DNA of 64,000 nucleotides, from the NCBI RefSeq assembly GCF_018363915.1, contig NZ_JAGZMY010000007.1, one strand, 5' to 3'. The notes beneath the pieces were generated by a model. That model was not told where the DNA came from. It ran no database searches and saw only the letters and a list, made by a program, of their open reading frames with translations. The position numbers and the translations under genes were made by a program. This document shows, in pieces, positions 16,904 through 26,991 of this stretch. This DNA is from Anaerococcus vaginalis (GTDB taxonomy: Bacteria > Bacillota > Clostridia > Tissierellales > Peptoniphilaceae). The first letter of the stretch is position 1. Each line of letters starts with the position of its first letter.

Positions 16904-17024
16904 ATATATCATTTTATCTTTTTTTGCGGTCGTAAACGTTGCTATTTAAGGCGTTGCTGTAATTATTAATATTGCTTACTTCCCACCACCAGCACCATTA
17001 ATTTTTTTATTTTTTTCATATTTA

Positions 17025-17053
17025 AGCTATGCAAAATTGCATAGCTTTTTTTG
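17025..17053 (+). terminator. orphan plus-strand terminator upstream of polA
   Basis: AGCTATGCA-AAAT-TGCATAGCT (9-bp perfect stem) followed by TTTTTTT. Confidence 0.6.
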
Positions 17054-17171
17054 ATGCCTTTTTAAAAAATTTTTTTTAAAATTTTAATTTTCAAATTTTT
17101 AATTAGCAAATTTTTCTACTTATTTTTTTGTGAAAATTAAAATGTGTTATACTTATAGAAAGGAGAAATAT

Positions 17172-19811
17172 ATGAGTAAAAAAGTAATGCTGATTGACGG
17201 ATCTAGTTTGATTTTTAGAGCCTTTTTTGCCCTTCCTAATCTTACAAATGCTGATGGTGTTATGACAAACGGTGTTTATGGATTTTTGACCATGTATTTT
17301 AGGGCTGTTGAAGAATATAAGCCAGATTATATTTTGGTTGCTTTTGATAAGAAAACAAAAACTTTTAGGCACAAAGAATTTGAAGATTATAAAGCAAATA
17401 GGGATAAGGCGCCAAACGAATTGAATTATCAATTTGGAATTTTAAAAGACATTCTTGATTCATTAAATGTAAAGTATTTGGATATAGATGGTTATGAGGC
17501 TGATGATATTGTTGGGACTTTTTCTACAATTGCAAAGGAAGAAGGTCTTGAAACTGTAATAATTACAGGGGATAAAGATTATTTTCAACTTGTAAATGAT
17601 AAGGTTGTGGTTTTCCTTACAAGAAAAGGAATTTCTCAGATGGAAGAAATCACTGTAAAATCTATTGAAGATGATTATGGTCTTAGTCCAAAACAATTAA
17701 TTGATGTTAAGGGTTTAATGGGAGATAAGTCTGATAATATTCCTGGTGTTGATGGAATTGGCGAAAAAACTGCCATTAAATTTATAAAAAAATATGATTC
17801 TATGGAAGGCTTATATGAAAATTTGGATGATATTAAGGGCAAAAAAACCAAGGAAAATCTAGAAAATTTAAAGCAAATTGCCTTTTTGTCCAAAAAAATT
17901 GGAACAATTGTTACAAATGCTCCAGTTGGGATGAAAATTTCAGAATTAAAGGTAAAAGAACCAGACTTGGATTCTTTGAGAGAAAAATTTTCAAAATATA
18001 ATTTCAATAAATTTATGGAAAAATTTGAAGATACTAGCGAAGAAAGAAAAGATGAAATAGAATTTTCTTATTCATTTTCTGATGATTTTTCTATAATAGA
18101 TGATATTGAAAAAGATGGGGTATTTTATTTTAAAAGCATTTTTGAGGGGGATAATTATATTCACTCTAATGCCTATAAAATAGCAATAAAAACACCTTCA
18201 TCAAAAACTTACATTTATAATCCCGATGAAAAATTTGTAGAAAAATTCAAAAAATATTTTGAGGCTGATAATATTAAAAAAGTTTCTTTTGATATTAAAG
18301 AGGATATTGTCTTGTTCGATAAGCTTGGGATAAATATTTCCTTGCCTTATGATGATACTATGCTTATGCACTATCTAATTGATCCTTCAAGGTCATCCTA
18401 TGATTTAAAAACTTTTAGCCAAGCATTTTTGAAATATGAAGTAGAAAATGAAGAAGATTTGCTTGGTAAGGGAAAAAGTAAAAAATCTTATGAGGATTTG
18501 GATACTGAAAGACTTGGTAAATATTTGGCATCTATTGTAAATGCAATTGAAGATAGTCTGGATATTTTAACCCAAAAATTAAAAGAGCTTTCTATGTATG
18601 ATCTTTATAAGGATTGTGAAATAAAATTATCCAAAGTTCTTGCGGATATGGAAATAACTGGATTTGTTTGTGATAAAAATGAGCTTGAAAAGATTAAAGA
18701 TGAAGTTTCTCTTGAACTTGAAGATTTAGAAAAAATAATCTATGAACTTGCTGGAAGTGAATTTAATATAAATTCACCAAAGCAGCTTTCAAAAATTTTA
18801 TTTGAAGATTTGAAACTTCCTATAATTAAAAAAACAAAAACTGGCTATTCAACAAATGCTCAAGTTTTAGAAAAATTAAGAAAAAAACACCCTATAATCG
18901 AAAAAATTGAAAGATATAGGGAAATGTATAAATTAAAATCAACCTATCTTGAAAGTCTTGAAGAATGTATTGATGAAGATGGAAGAATCAGGTCAACATT
19001 TAAGCAAAATGTTACAGCAACAGGCAGACTTTCTTCAACAGAACCAAATTTACAAAATCTTCCAATAAGAACCGAAGAGGGTAGAAAAATCAGAAAAGCT
19101 TTCAAAGCTGATGATGAGAAAGTGTTAATTGATGCAGATTATTCACAAATTGAATTAAGAGTTTTGGCACATCTTGCAAATGACAAAAAAATGCAAGAGG
19201 CTTTTTCAAAAGATATTGATATACACACAAAGACTGCATCAGAAGTTTTTTCTACACCAATTGATGAGGTTACAAAATTACAAAGAAGTGAGGCTAAAGC
19301 TGTAAATTTTGGAATAATCTATGGTATAAGTGATTATGGACTTAGCCAAAATTTAAATATACCAAGAAAAATAGCTAAGGAATATATAGAAAATTACCTA
19401 GACACCTATCCAGAAATTAAAAAATATATGAAAGATATTGTAAAAAAAGCCAAAGAAGATGGATATGTAAATACAATATTTAATAGAAGAAGATATGTTC
19501 CAGAAATAAATTCAAAAAATTTCAATGTGAGAAGTTTTGGAGAAAGGGTTGCTTTAAATACTCCAATTCAAGGAACAGCAGCGGACATTATAAAATTTGC
19601 CATGATAAATTCATACCAAAATTTACAAAAAGCAAAAATAGATGCAAAAATAGTATTGCAAATCCACGATGAAATAATCATAGAAGCAAGCAAAAAAGAT
19701 TTAGAAAAAGCAAAAGAGATTCTTAAATCATCTATGCAGGATGCCGTAAATTTAAACGTTCCACTTTTGGTTGACATAGATAGCGGAGAAAGTATGTATG
19801 AGTCAAAATAA
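17172..19811 (+). CDS. polA: DNA polymerase I
   Basis: The N-terminal 5'-3' exonuclease region (MLIDGSSLIFRAFFAL) and the C-terminal PolA motifs are present. The start is taken at ATG 17172 after GAAAGGAGA rather than the longer track ORF. Confidence 0.9.
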   Translation: MSKKVMLIDGSSLIFRAFFALPNLTNADGVMTNGVYGFLTMYFRAVEEYKPDYILVAFDKKTKTFRHKEFEDYKANRDKAPNELNYQFGILKDILDSLNVKYLDIDGYEADDIVGTFSTIAKEEGLETVIITGDKDYFQLVNDKVVVFLTRKGISQMEEITVKSIEDDYGLSPKQLIDVKGLMGDKSDNIPGVDGIGEKTAIKFIKKYDSMEGLYENLDDIKGKKTKENLENLKQIAFLSKKIGTIVTNAPVGMKISELKVKEPDLDSLREKFSKYNFNKFMEKFEDTSEERKDEIEFSYSFSDDFSIIDDIEKDGVFYFKSIFEGDNYIHSNAYKIAIKTPSSKTYIYNPDEKFVEKFKKYFEADNIKKVSFDIKEDIVLFDKLGINISLPYDDTMLMHYLIDPSRSSYDLKTFSQAFLKYEVENEEDLLGKGKSKKSYEDLDTERLGKYLASIVNAIEDSLDILTQKLKELSMYDLYKDCEIKLSKVLADMEITGFVCDKNELEKIKDEVSLELEDLEKIIYELAGSEFNINSPKQLSKILFEDLKLPIIKKTKTGYSTNAQVLEKLRKKHPIIEKIERYREMYKLKSTYLESLEECIDEDGRIRSTFKQNVTATGRLSSTEPNLQNLPIRTEEGRKIRKAFKADDEKVLIDADYSQIELRVLAHLANDKKMQEAFSKDIDIHTKTASEVFSTPIDEVTKLQRSEAKAVNFGIIYGISDYGLSQNLNIPRKIAKEYIENYLDTYPEIKKYMKDIVKKAKEDGYVNTIFNRRRYVPEINSKNFNVRSFGERVALNTPIQGTAADIIKFAMINSYQNLQKAKIDAKIVLQIHDEIIIEASKKDLEKAKEILKSSMQDAVNLNVPLLVDIDSGESMYESK

Positions 19812-20388
19812 AATTGTTATAACTGGAACAATTGCAAGTGGTAAATCTTCTTTATCAGAAATTTTGAGAAAAAAAGGCTATAAAGTTATAGATAGCGATG
19901 AAATAAATAAGAAATTACTAGAAAAAGACCAAATAAATTACAAGGAAATTTTATCATCAAAAGCTTTTGACGAGGCTTTTGATGGAGAAAATTTAGATAA
20001 GAAAATCTTAGCAAAAATAATTTTTAATAATTCACAAAAAAGAGAATTGATAAATGAAATTACCCATAAAAATATCATCGTTTATATAAATAATTTGATA
20101 AAAGAAAGTAATGAGAAAAATATTTTTGTAGAAATTCCCTTGTACTTTCAAATGAAAGAAAAATTTCCTTGTGATTATGTATGGCTAGTTACCGCTGATA
20201 GAGAAATTCAAATAGAAAGATTAATGCAAAGAGATAAGATAGGAAGAGATTTTGCATTAAAAAAAATTAACAGTCAAGATTTTTTAGAAATGCAAAAAAA
20301 ATCAGATGTGATTTTTGATAATAGCACATCCTTAGAAAATTTAGAAAAAAAAGTAGAAATAGCTTTAAAAAATTTGGAGAATATATGA
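19798..20388 (+). CDS. coaE: dephospho-CoA kinase
   Basis: P-loop ITGTIASGKSS is present. Size and position after polA match the conserved arrangement. Confidence 0.85.
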   Translation: MSQNKIVITGTIASGKSSLSEILRKKGYKVIDSDEINKKLLEKDQINYKEILSSKAFDEAFDGENLDKKILAKIIFNNSQKRELINEITHKNIIVYINNLIKESNEKNIFVEIPLYFQMKEKFPCDYVWLVTADREIQIERLMQRDKIGRDFALKKINSQDFLEMQKKSDVIFDNSTSLENLEKKVEIALKNLENI

Positions 20389-21041
20389 AAGCTTTAAAAA
20401 ATATTTTTAAAATAATAGGAATAATAATATTAGCGTTTGTGATGGTTGTTATAATAAGTTTTTCAATAGTAGCCTATCAAACATCAAGACAAAAAATTGC
20501 CTACCAAGAAGAAATAGAAAAATATTCACAGAAATATAATGTAGATCCACTTTTGATTGCATCAATTATAAAAGTAGAAAGTGATTTTGACACAGAAGCT
20601 CACTCAAGTCAAAACGCCATGGGACTTATGCAATTATTAGATTCATCTGCAAAACATAGTGCAGAAATAATTGGAGAAGAATATTATCCAGACAAATTAA
20701 AAGAAGTAGATTATAATTTAAATCTTGGCGTGGGGTATTTCAAATATTTGAACGAATATTATAATAATGTCGACTTAGCTCTTGCAGCTTATAATGGGGG
20801 AATAGGAAATATAGACAAACTAATTGCAGACAAAAAAATAGACAAGCACGACCCAGACCCAACAAAAATTCCTACAAAAGAAACTAGACAATATGTAATA
20901 AAAATAAATTCAAATTATGATTTGATGAAAGTATTTTACGATGATGGACTTCCAAGCAAGGAAGAATTAAAAGATAGAAAATCATTATCTATAAAAAATT
21001 ATAAGAAATTTGTTAAAAAAATATTATTTGATGTATTATAA
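20385..21041 (+). CDS. lytic transglycosylase (SLT domain) with N-terminal membrane anchor
   Basis: SLT motif ESDFDTEAHSSQNAMGLMQL and the AYNGG segment are present. Confidence 0.75.
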   Translation: MKALKNIFKIIGIIILAFVMVVIISFSIVAYQTSRQKIAYQEEIEKYSQKYNVDPLLIASIIKVESDFDTEAHSSQNAMGLMQLLDSSAKHSAEIIGEEYYPDKLKEVDYNLNLGVGYFKYLNEYYNNVDLALAAYNGGIGNIDKLIADKKIDKHDPDPTKIPTKETRQYVIKINSNYDLMKVFYDDGLPSKEELKDRKSLSIKNYKKFVKKILFDVL

Positions 21042-21105
21042 TCATTGAATAATATTTTTAAATAAATTATAATGCTAGTATACGGATTAAATGAAAGGAG
21101 AGATT

Positions 21106-22422
21106 ATGGCTCTAGAAAATTTAACATTTGCTAATGGAGTAAAAATTCCAGAGTATAAGGAATTAAGCGAAAAAAAAGACTTAATTGTTGCAAAAATTCC
21201 AAAAACTGTAACAATTCCACTTACTCAACACATTGGAGCTCCAAGTAAATGTTTAGTTAAGAAAAACGATGAAGTGAAAATTGGACAGCTTATCGGCGAA
21301 GCTGTAGGAAATTTTTCTTGTAATATTCACTCATCAGTTAATGGTAAAGTTTCAAGTGTAATCGATATCCAAACAGCATCTGGTAAAAACAGCAAAGCTG
21401 TTGTTATTGACACAGAAGGCTATGACCAAGAGATTAACTACGAAAGAAAAGACGTTACAAACTTAACTAAAGAAAAAATAGTTGAGGCGATGAAAGAAAA
21501 TGGTCTTGTAGGTATGGGAGGAGCATCATTCCCAGCACATATTAAATATTCACCAAACAAACCAATTGATACTGTTATTATAAATGGTGCTGAGTGTGAA
21601 CCTTACGTTACTTGCGATGATTTTATTTTGAAAACAAAACCTGAAGTAATAGTAGATGCTTTGGAATTACTTGTTAAAGCAGTAGATGCAAAAAAAGGTA
21701 TTATTGCAATCGAAGATAACAAAGCAGAAGCAATCGAAAATGTCAAAAAGGCACTGACAAATAAAAATTCATCAAAACTTGAAGTGGCAACCATGGTTAC
21801 CAAATATCCACAAGGAGATGAAAAAAGAATTATTAATGCCGTATTACATAGAGAAGTTCCTTCAGGTGGTCTTCCAATGGATGTTGGAGTAATTGTTTCA
21901 AACGTTTCAAGTGCAAACGCAGTTTATGAAGCAGTTTATTACGGAAAACCACTAATAGAAAGATATATGACAGTAACAGGTCATGGAATAAAAAATCCTT
22001 CAAATTTCCTAGTAAGAATTGGAACAAGTTTTGATCATATGATAGAAGAAGCTGGCGGACTTACAGAAGATGCTGGAAAAGTTATAAATGGTGGACCAAT
22101 GATGGGAATTGCCCAACCAAATATAAATCAACCAGTAGAAAAAGCTAGTAACTGTATCTTAGTTTTAAACAAAGAAGAATCAAAAGCACCAATTACAAAT
22201 CCTTGTATAAGATGTGCTAAGTGTGTAAATGTTTGTCCAGTTGGACTTATGCCATTATTAATTCATAAATTTTCATTAAAAGAAAAATTTGATAAGGCAC
22301 AAGATCTTCACATACTTGATTGTATAGAATGTGGATCATGTTCATATATTTGTCCATCAAAAAGACCTTTGGTTGAAGCTATTAGGTTTGGAAAAAGACA
22401 AATTCGTCAAGCAGGAAAGTAG
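21106..22422 (+). CDS. rnfC: Rnf electron transport complex subunit C
   Basis: Two C-terminal 4Fe-4S motifs (CIRCAKCVNVCP, CIECGSCSYICP). ATG at 21106 after AAAGGAGAG. Confidence 0.85.
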   Translation: MALENLTFANGVKIPEYKELSEKKDLIVAKIPKTVTIPLTQHIGAPSKCLVKKNDEVKIGQLIGEAVGNFSCNIHSSVNGKVSSVIDIQTASGKNSKAVVIDTEGYDQEINYERKDVTNLTKEKIVEAMKENGLVGMGGASFPAHIKYSPNKPIDTVIINGAECEPYVTCDDFILKTKPEVIVDALELLVKAVDAKKGIIAIEDNKAEAIENVKKALTNKNSSKLEVATMVTKYPQGDEKRIINAVLHREVPSGGLPMDVGVIVSNVSSANAVYEAVYYGKPLIERYMTVTGHGIKNPSNFLVRIGTSFDHMIEEAGGLTEDAGKVINGGPMMGIAQPNINQPVEKASNCILVLNKEESKAPITNPCIRCAKCVNVCPVGLMPLLIHKFSLKEKFDKAQDLHILDCIECGSCSYICPSKRPLVEAIRFGKRQIRQAGK

Positions 22423-22433
22423 AGGAGAAACAA

Positions 22434-23372
22434 ATGGAAGCAAAAAAATTATTAGTATCATCCTCTCCTCATATGAGAAGCGAGAGAACTGTTACTAAAG
22501 AAATGTTAGATGTAATAATTGCTCTTATTCCAACAGGACTTGTAGGAATATATTTCTTTGGAATGAAGGCACTTATTTTAATGATTGCATCAGTAGCAAG
22601 TTGTGTTATTGCAGAATTTATATCTAACAAAGTAATGAAAAGACAATCATCAATAAATGATTTATCAGCTATAGTTACAGGTTTACTTTTAGCCTATAAT
22701 ATCCCAGTTACAATGCCAGTTTGGCAAACAGTAATAGGCGCAGCTTTTGCTATAGTTATTTGTAAGCAATTTTTTGGTGGAATAGGACAAAATATTGTAA
22801 ACCCAGCTTTAGGAGCAAGAGCATTCTTACTTGCATCTTGGTCAAAAAATATGTCAAATTATGTTGCACCAGGAAAAGTTTCAGCAGTATCAGCTGCAAC
22901 AGTTTTATCAGGTGGACAAAAACCAGCTTTATTAGATATGTTTATAGGAAATATGGGTGGATGTATTGGAGAAGTTTCAACTATCGCTATATTAATTGGA
23001 GCAGCATATCTTGTAATTAGAAAAGTTATTTCACTAAGAATACCTGCAGTATACATATTAACAACAGCAATCCTATTGATGGTATTTAATAAATCTGTTG
23101 ATGGAATAATCGAACAATTATTATCAGGTGGTCTAATGCTTGGAGCATTTTTCATGGCAACAGACTATACAACAAGTCCTGTAACAAAAAAAGGAGAAAT
23201 AATATTTGCTTTTGGTTGCGGACTTATCACTTCACTAATAAGAGTTTTCGGTGGATACCCAGAAGGTGTTTCATATTCAATTTTATTAATGAACTTATTA
23301 GTTCCTCTTATAGATAGTAAGACAATGCCTAAGGTATTTGGTGTAGCTAGTAAAGGGGCAAAAGATGAATAA
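22434..23372 (+). CDS. rnfD: Rnf complex subunit D
   Basis: Polytopic membrane protein of the NqrB/RnfD type, in the rnfCDGEAB gene order. Confidence 0.85.
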   Translation: MEAKKLLVSSSPHMRSERTVTKEMLDVIIALIPTGLVGIYFFGMKALILMIASVASCVIAEFISNKVMKRQSSINDLSAIVTGLLLAYNIPVTMPVWQTVIGAAFAIVICKQFFGGIGQNIVNPALGARAFLLASWSKNMSNYVAPGKVSAVSAATVLSGGQKPALLDMFIGNMGGCIGEVSTIAILIGAAYLVIRKVISLRIPAVYILTTAILLMVFNKSVDGIIEQLLSGGLMLGAFFMATDYTTSPVTKKGEIIFAFGCGLITSLIRVFGGYPEGVSYSILLMNLLVPLIDSKTMPKVFGVASKGAKDE

Positions 23373-23904
23373 AGCATTAAAATTAGGAATTAAATTATTA
23401 ATAATTACAGCTGTATCAGCTTTAGTATTGGCCTTTACAAATTCAGTTACAGAACCAATTATAAAAAAAGCTGAACAAGAAAAATTAAATGAATCATTAA
23501 AAATTGCCTTTCCAGAAGGAAAAGACTTTGAAGAAGTTAAGGGAAAATTTCCTGAAGCTGTAAAAGGAGTTTATAAAGCTGATGGAGGCAAAGGATATGT
23601 GTTTGATGTAAATTCTAAAGGTGGATACGGTGGAGACATCGAATTTATCGTTGGAGTTGATAGTGAAAATAAATTAACAGGTTTCAGTCCTTTAAAACAT
23701 TCAGAATCTGCAGGATTTGGTCTACAAATGGAAGAAGATTGGTTTAAAGAAGGAGTTAAAGGCGTAAGCGTTGACAAGAAAGTCGGTGCATCAGAAGCCG
23801 GATCTGAAAACGAAATTGTAGGAATTTCAGGAGCTACATATTCAACTAATGCTATCCTTAATGGTATAAATACTGCTCGTGAAGTATTGAAAGATCTTAA
23901 GTAG
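23365..23904 (+). CDS. rnfG: Rnf complex subunit G (FMN-binding)
   Basis: N-terminal TM segment plus the FMN-attachment motif GISGATYS. Confidence 0.8.
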   Translation: MNKALKLGIKLLIITAVSALVLAFTNSVTEPIIKKAEQEKLNESLKIAFPEGKDFEEVKGKFPEAVKGVYKADGGKGYVFDVNSKGGYGGDIEFIVGVDSENKLTGFSPLKHSESAGFGLQMEEDWFKEGVKGVSVDKKVGASEAGSENEIVGISGATYSTNAILNGINTAREVLKDLK

Positions 23905-23915
23905 GAGGTAAAGAT

Positions 23916-24581
23916 ATGGAAAGACAAACTGGAAAACCTATAGATGTTCAAAAAGAAAAAGAAAAAAGAAAGAAAAAATCTGTAAATTTGGGAAAAGTTT
24001 TTAAAGACGGAATATTTTCAAATAACCCAGTATTTGTACAAATGGTAGGAATGTGTTCTGTACTTGCTATTTCATCTTCACTTTCTAATGCGATTGGAAT
24101 GGGAGCTGCAGTAATTTTTGTACTTACACTTTCAAACTTGGTAATTTCTGTTTTGAGAAATTTTATTCCAGATGAAGTAAGAATTCCAGCATTTATAGTT
24201 GTAATAGCAAGTTTCGTAACTATGGTTCAAATGATTATAAAAGCATACTTGCCAGCACTTGATCAATCACTTGGAATTTTTATTCCACTTATAGTTGTAA
24301 ACTGTATAATTCTTGCAAGAGCAGAAGGATTTGCTTCACAACAAGGTCCTATAGCATCAATTGTTGATGGTATTGGTCAAGGTTTAGGTTATACAATAGC
24401 AATTTCTATTCTTGCAGCTATTAGAGAATTATTTGGAAATGGTACATTACTAGATAATAGAATAATTCCTGAAGATTATACAATTGGATTTTTAATTCAA
24501 CCAGCATCTTCATTTATTATCCTAGGAATCATGTTTGCAGTAGCAGCAGCTATTTCAAACAAGAAGAAAAATAATAAGTAG
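23916..24581 (+). CDS. rnfE: Rnf complex subunit E
   Basis: Assigned from the RnfE/NqrD family membrane topology and its position in the operon. Confidence 0.85.
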   Translation: MERQTGKPIDVQKEKEKRKKKSVNLGKVFKDGIFSNNPVFVQMVGMCSVLAISSSLSNAIGMGAAVIFVLTLSNLVISVLRNFIPDEVRIPAFIVVIASFVTMVQMIIKAYLPALDQSLGIFIPLIVVNCIILARAEGFASQQGPIASIVDGIGQGLGYTIAISILAAIRELFGNGTLLDNRIIPEDYTIGFLIQPASSFIILGIMFAVAAAISNKKKNNK

Positions 24582-24589
24582 GAGGAATT

Positions 24590-25165
24590 ATGTCAGAATT
24601 ATTTTCAATAATTATTGCATCAATATTTGTAAATAATTATGTTTTGGGACAATTTTTAGGAATTTGTCCAACACTTGGTGTAACAAGTAAAGTTGAAACT
24701 GCAAAAGGAATGGGAGCTGCAGTAATTTTCGTAGTAACCTTATCTTCAATTATTACTTGGGTTATCCAATATTATATATTAGATCCATTAAAAATTGGAT
24801 ATTTACAAACAGTTGTATTTATTTTAGTAATCGCTTCATTAGTGCAAACAGTAGAGATGATTATGAAAAAATCAATGCCAAATCTTTATGAGGCTCTTGG
24901 TGTTTATCTACCATTAATTACAACTAACTGTATAGTACTTGGTGTGGCTATTAAAAATATAAATGAAAGCTATAATTTATTAGAAACAACAATAAATGCA
25001 GCAGCTGCTGCAGTAGGTTTCTTAATTGCTTTAGTAATACTTGCTTCTATAAGAGAAAAAATCGAAGATAACGACTTGCCAGAAGCTTTCAAGGGTGGAC
25101 CTATTACTTTGATTACTCTAGGTCTAATGTCAATTGCCTTTATGGGCTTTGCAGGATTAGCATAG
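24590..25165 (+). CDS. rnfA: Rnf complex subunit A
   Basis: Assigned from the RnfA/NqrE family membrane topology and its position in the operon. Confidence 0.85.
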   Translation: MSELFSIIIASIFVNNYVLGQFLGICPTLGVTSKVETAKGMGAAVIFVVTLSSIITWVIQYYILDPLKIGYLQTVVFILVIASLVQTVEMIMKKSMPNLYEALGVYLPLITTNCIVLGVAIKNINESYNLLETTINAAAAAVGFLIALVILASIREKIEDNDLPEAFKGGPITLITLGLMSIAFMGFAGLA

Positions 25166-25177
25166 AGGAGAAATGTG

Positions 25178-25975
25178 ATGAATAATATATTAATTCCAAC
25201 ACTTGTATTAGCCATATTAGGATTTGTACTAGCTGGCTTATTAGGTGTTATTAGTAAAAAATTTGAGGTCGAAACAGACCCAATTGTTGAAAGAGTAAGA
25301 GATGCACTTCCTGGAGCAAACTGTGGAGCTTGCGGTTATCCTGGTTGTGATGGTTGTGCAAATGCAATTGCAAAGGGAGAAGCTCCTGTTTCTGCTTGTG
25401 TAATTGGTGGACAATCTGTAACAGATGCAGTTGCAAGTGCTATGGGCGTTGAGTCAGCTGGAGCTGGGGACAAACAAGTTGCAGTTGTAAAATGTAATGG
25501 AACTTGCGAAAATGCAAAAGATTTATACGAATATGCAGGTCTTGAAGATTGTAGAGCACAAATTGCTTTATTTGGCGGAAAAAAAGCTTGTAATTATGGT
25601 TGCCTTGGTTGCGGCTCATGTGTTAAAGCTTGTGAATTTGATGCTATACATATGGTGGATGGAGTAAGTGTTGTAGATAAGGAAAAATGCGTAGCTTGTG
25701 GAGCTTGTGTTAAAACTTGTCCAAAAAATATTATTGAGCTTGTTCCTTATTCACAAAAAGCAATTGTAAAATGTTCTTCACACGATAAAGGAAAAGATGT
25801 TAGAGGAAATTGTAAAGTTGGATGTATTGGTTGTTCAATTTGTGCAAGAACTTATCCAGAAGGATTTACAATGGATAATTTCTTATCAAAAGAAACAATA
25901 TCTGATAATTTAGATCTAAATCTTTTAAAAGAAGCTGCAGAAAAATGTCCTGCAAAATGTATTGATGTTGAATAA
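25178..25975 (+). CDS. rnfB: Rnf complex subunit B (polyferredoxin)
   Basis: N-terminal TM segment plus multiple CxxCxxC clusters. ATG at 25178 lies 7 nt after GAGGAG. Confidence 0.8.
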   Translation: MNNILIPTLVLAILGFVLAGLLGVISKKFEVETDPIVERVRDALPGANCGACGYPGCDGCANAIAKGEAPVSACVIGGQSVTDAVASAMGVESAGAGDKQVAVVKCNGTCENAKDLYEYAGLEDCRAQIALFGGKKACNYGCLGCGSCVKACEFDAIHMVDGVSVVDKEKCVACGACVKTCPKNIIELVPYSQKAIVKCSSHDKGKDVRGNCKVGCIGCSICARTYPEGFTMDNFLSKETISDNLDLNLLKEAAEKCPAKCIDVE

Positions 25976-26086
25976 ATAATAAGATAATGATTTGACCATC
26001 GAAATAAATCGGTGGTCTTTTTTTATTTGAATTTTTTAAATTGACATCAATCTATTTTAAATGATAAACTCTTATAAGAGGTAGAT

Positions 26087-26476
26087 ATGAAATTAAAAAA
26101 AAGAGATATTTTTGTTATTTTATTACTTTTATTATTAAGCTTGAGTATGGCTTTTTTTGTGCAAAAAATTAAGTCGGGAGAAGATGGAAATTATTTGAGA
26201 GTTGAGCTTAATGGGAAAGAATATGGTAAATATCCACTTAATAAAGATAAAAAATTTAAAATTAAAATTGACGATGATGAATTTAATATTGTTGAGATAA
26301 AAAATGGGCAAGTTAGTATGAAGGAAGCTAATTGTAGAGATTTGCTTTGTACTCACATGCCTAGTATAAAAAAAGTTGGAGAAACTATAGTTTGCCTTCC
26401 TCATAGATTAATTTTAGAAATTGTTTCTGAAAAAGAGGATAGCAATGAGGAAGAAATTGATAAGGTGGTTGGATGA
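26087..26476 (+). CDS. NusG domain II-containing membrane protein
   Basis: Signal/TM segment followed by the Cys pattern C..C...C typical of DUF1312. It is paired with the downstream Gx transporter. Confidence 0.5.
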   Translation: MKLKKRDIFVILLLLLLSLSMAFFVQKIKSGEDGNYLRVELNGKEYGKYPLNKDKKFKIKIDDDEFNIVEIKNGQVSMKEANCRDLLCTHMPSIKKVGETIVCLPHRLILEIVSEKEDSNEEEIDKVVG

Positions 26477-26991
26477 ATAATAAAACTTTAAAAGTATATG
26501 TAAATTTATCGCTTTTTGTCGCTTTATCTCTTGCTATTTCTTTGATTGAATCTATGGTTCCAATGCCTGTTCCAATTCCTGGTGCTAGGCTTGGTTTTTC
26601 GAATATAATAATATTAGTTGCTATTTATATTTATGATTATAAAAAGGCTTTGGCTGTAAGTATATTGAAATCTTTTTTGTTGGTTTTGATTACTGGATCA
26701 GTAATGAGTTTTTTCTATTCTTTTGTTGGAGCTATTTTTTCTACAACTGCTATGTATTTTTCACTTAAAAAGGTAGATGATGATTTTTCACTCATTGGAG
26801 TAAGTGAAATTGGTGCTTTTTTCCATAATTTAGGTCAAATTATTGTTGCAATATTTTTTATGCAAAATATAAAGATGTTTTATTATTTTCCAGTTTTAGT
26901 TTTTATAGGAATTTTTACTGGATTTTTTGTTGGTTTGAGTTCTAATTTTATAATTGAGCATTTAAAGAAACTTGGTGTTATAAATGAATAA
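26473..26991 (+). CDS. Gx transporter family protein (ECF S-component-like)
   Basis: Small polytopic membrane protein, classically adjacent to a NusG_II protein. Confidence 0.5.
   Translation: MNNKTLKVYVNLSLFVALSLAISLIESMVPMPVPIPGARLGFSNIIILVAIYIYDYKKALAVSILKSFLLVLITGSVMSFFYSFVGAIFSTTAMYFSLKKVDDDFSLIGVSEIGAFFHNLGQIIVAIFFMQNIKMFYYFPVLVFIGIFTGFFVGLSSNFIIEHLKKLGVINE

Noticed and set aside
16880-16969. Cys-rich 29-aa ORF (MWVTCGQRIYHFIFFCGRKRCYLRRCCNY) as a bacteriocin-like peptide gene.
   Set aside because: There is no Shine-Dalgarno sequence, and it overlaps the GC-rich tandem repeat. It is kept only as a curiosity within the attR finding.
16840-17060. Possible tRNA or tmRNA 3' fragment at the prophage junction (ends ...CCACCAGCACCA).
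   Set aside because: I could not fold a T-arm (GTTCRANYC) or an acceptor stem, so the resemblance to a CCA end is probably coincidental.
17103-17432. 109-aa minus-strand ORF overlapping the polA start and promoter.
   Set aside because: It overlaps the conserved polA N-terminus, has a low-complexity hydrophobic composition and has no RBS.
22838-23155. Two overlapping small ORFs (plus and minus strand) inside rnfD.
   Set aside because: They are embedded in a conserved membrane protein gene, so they are artefacts.
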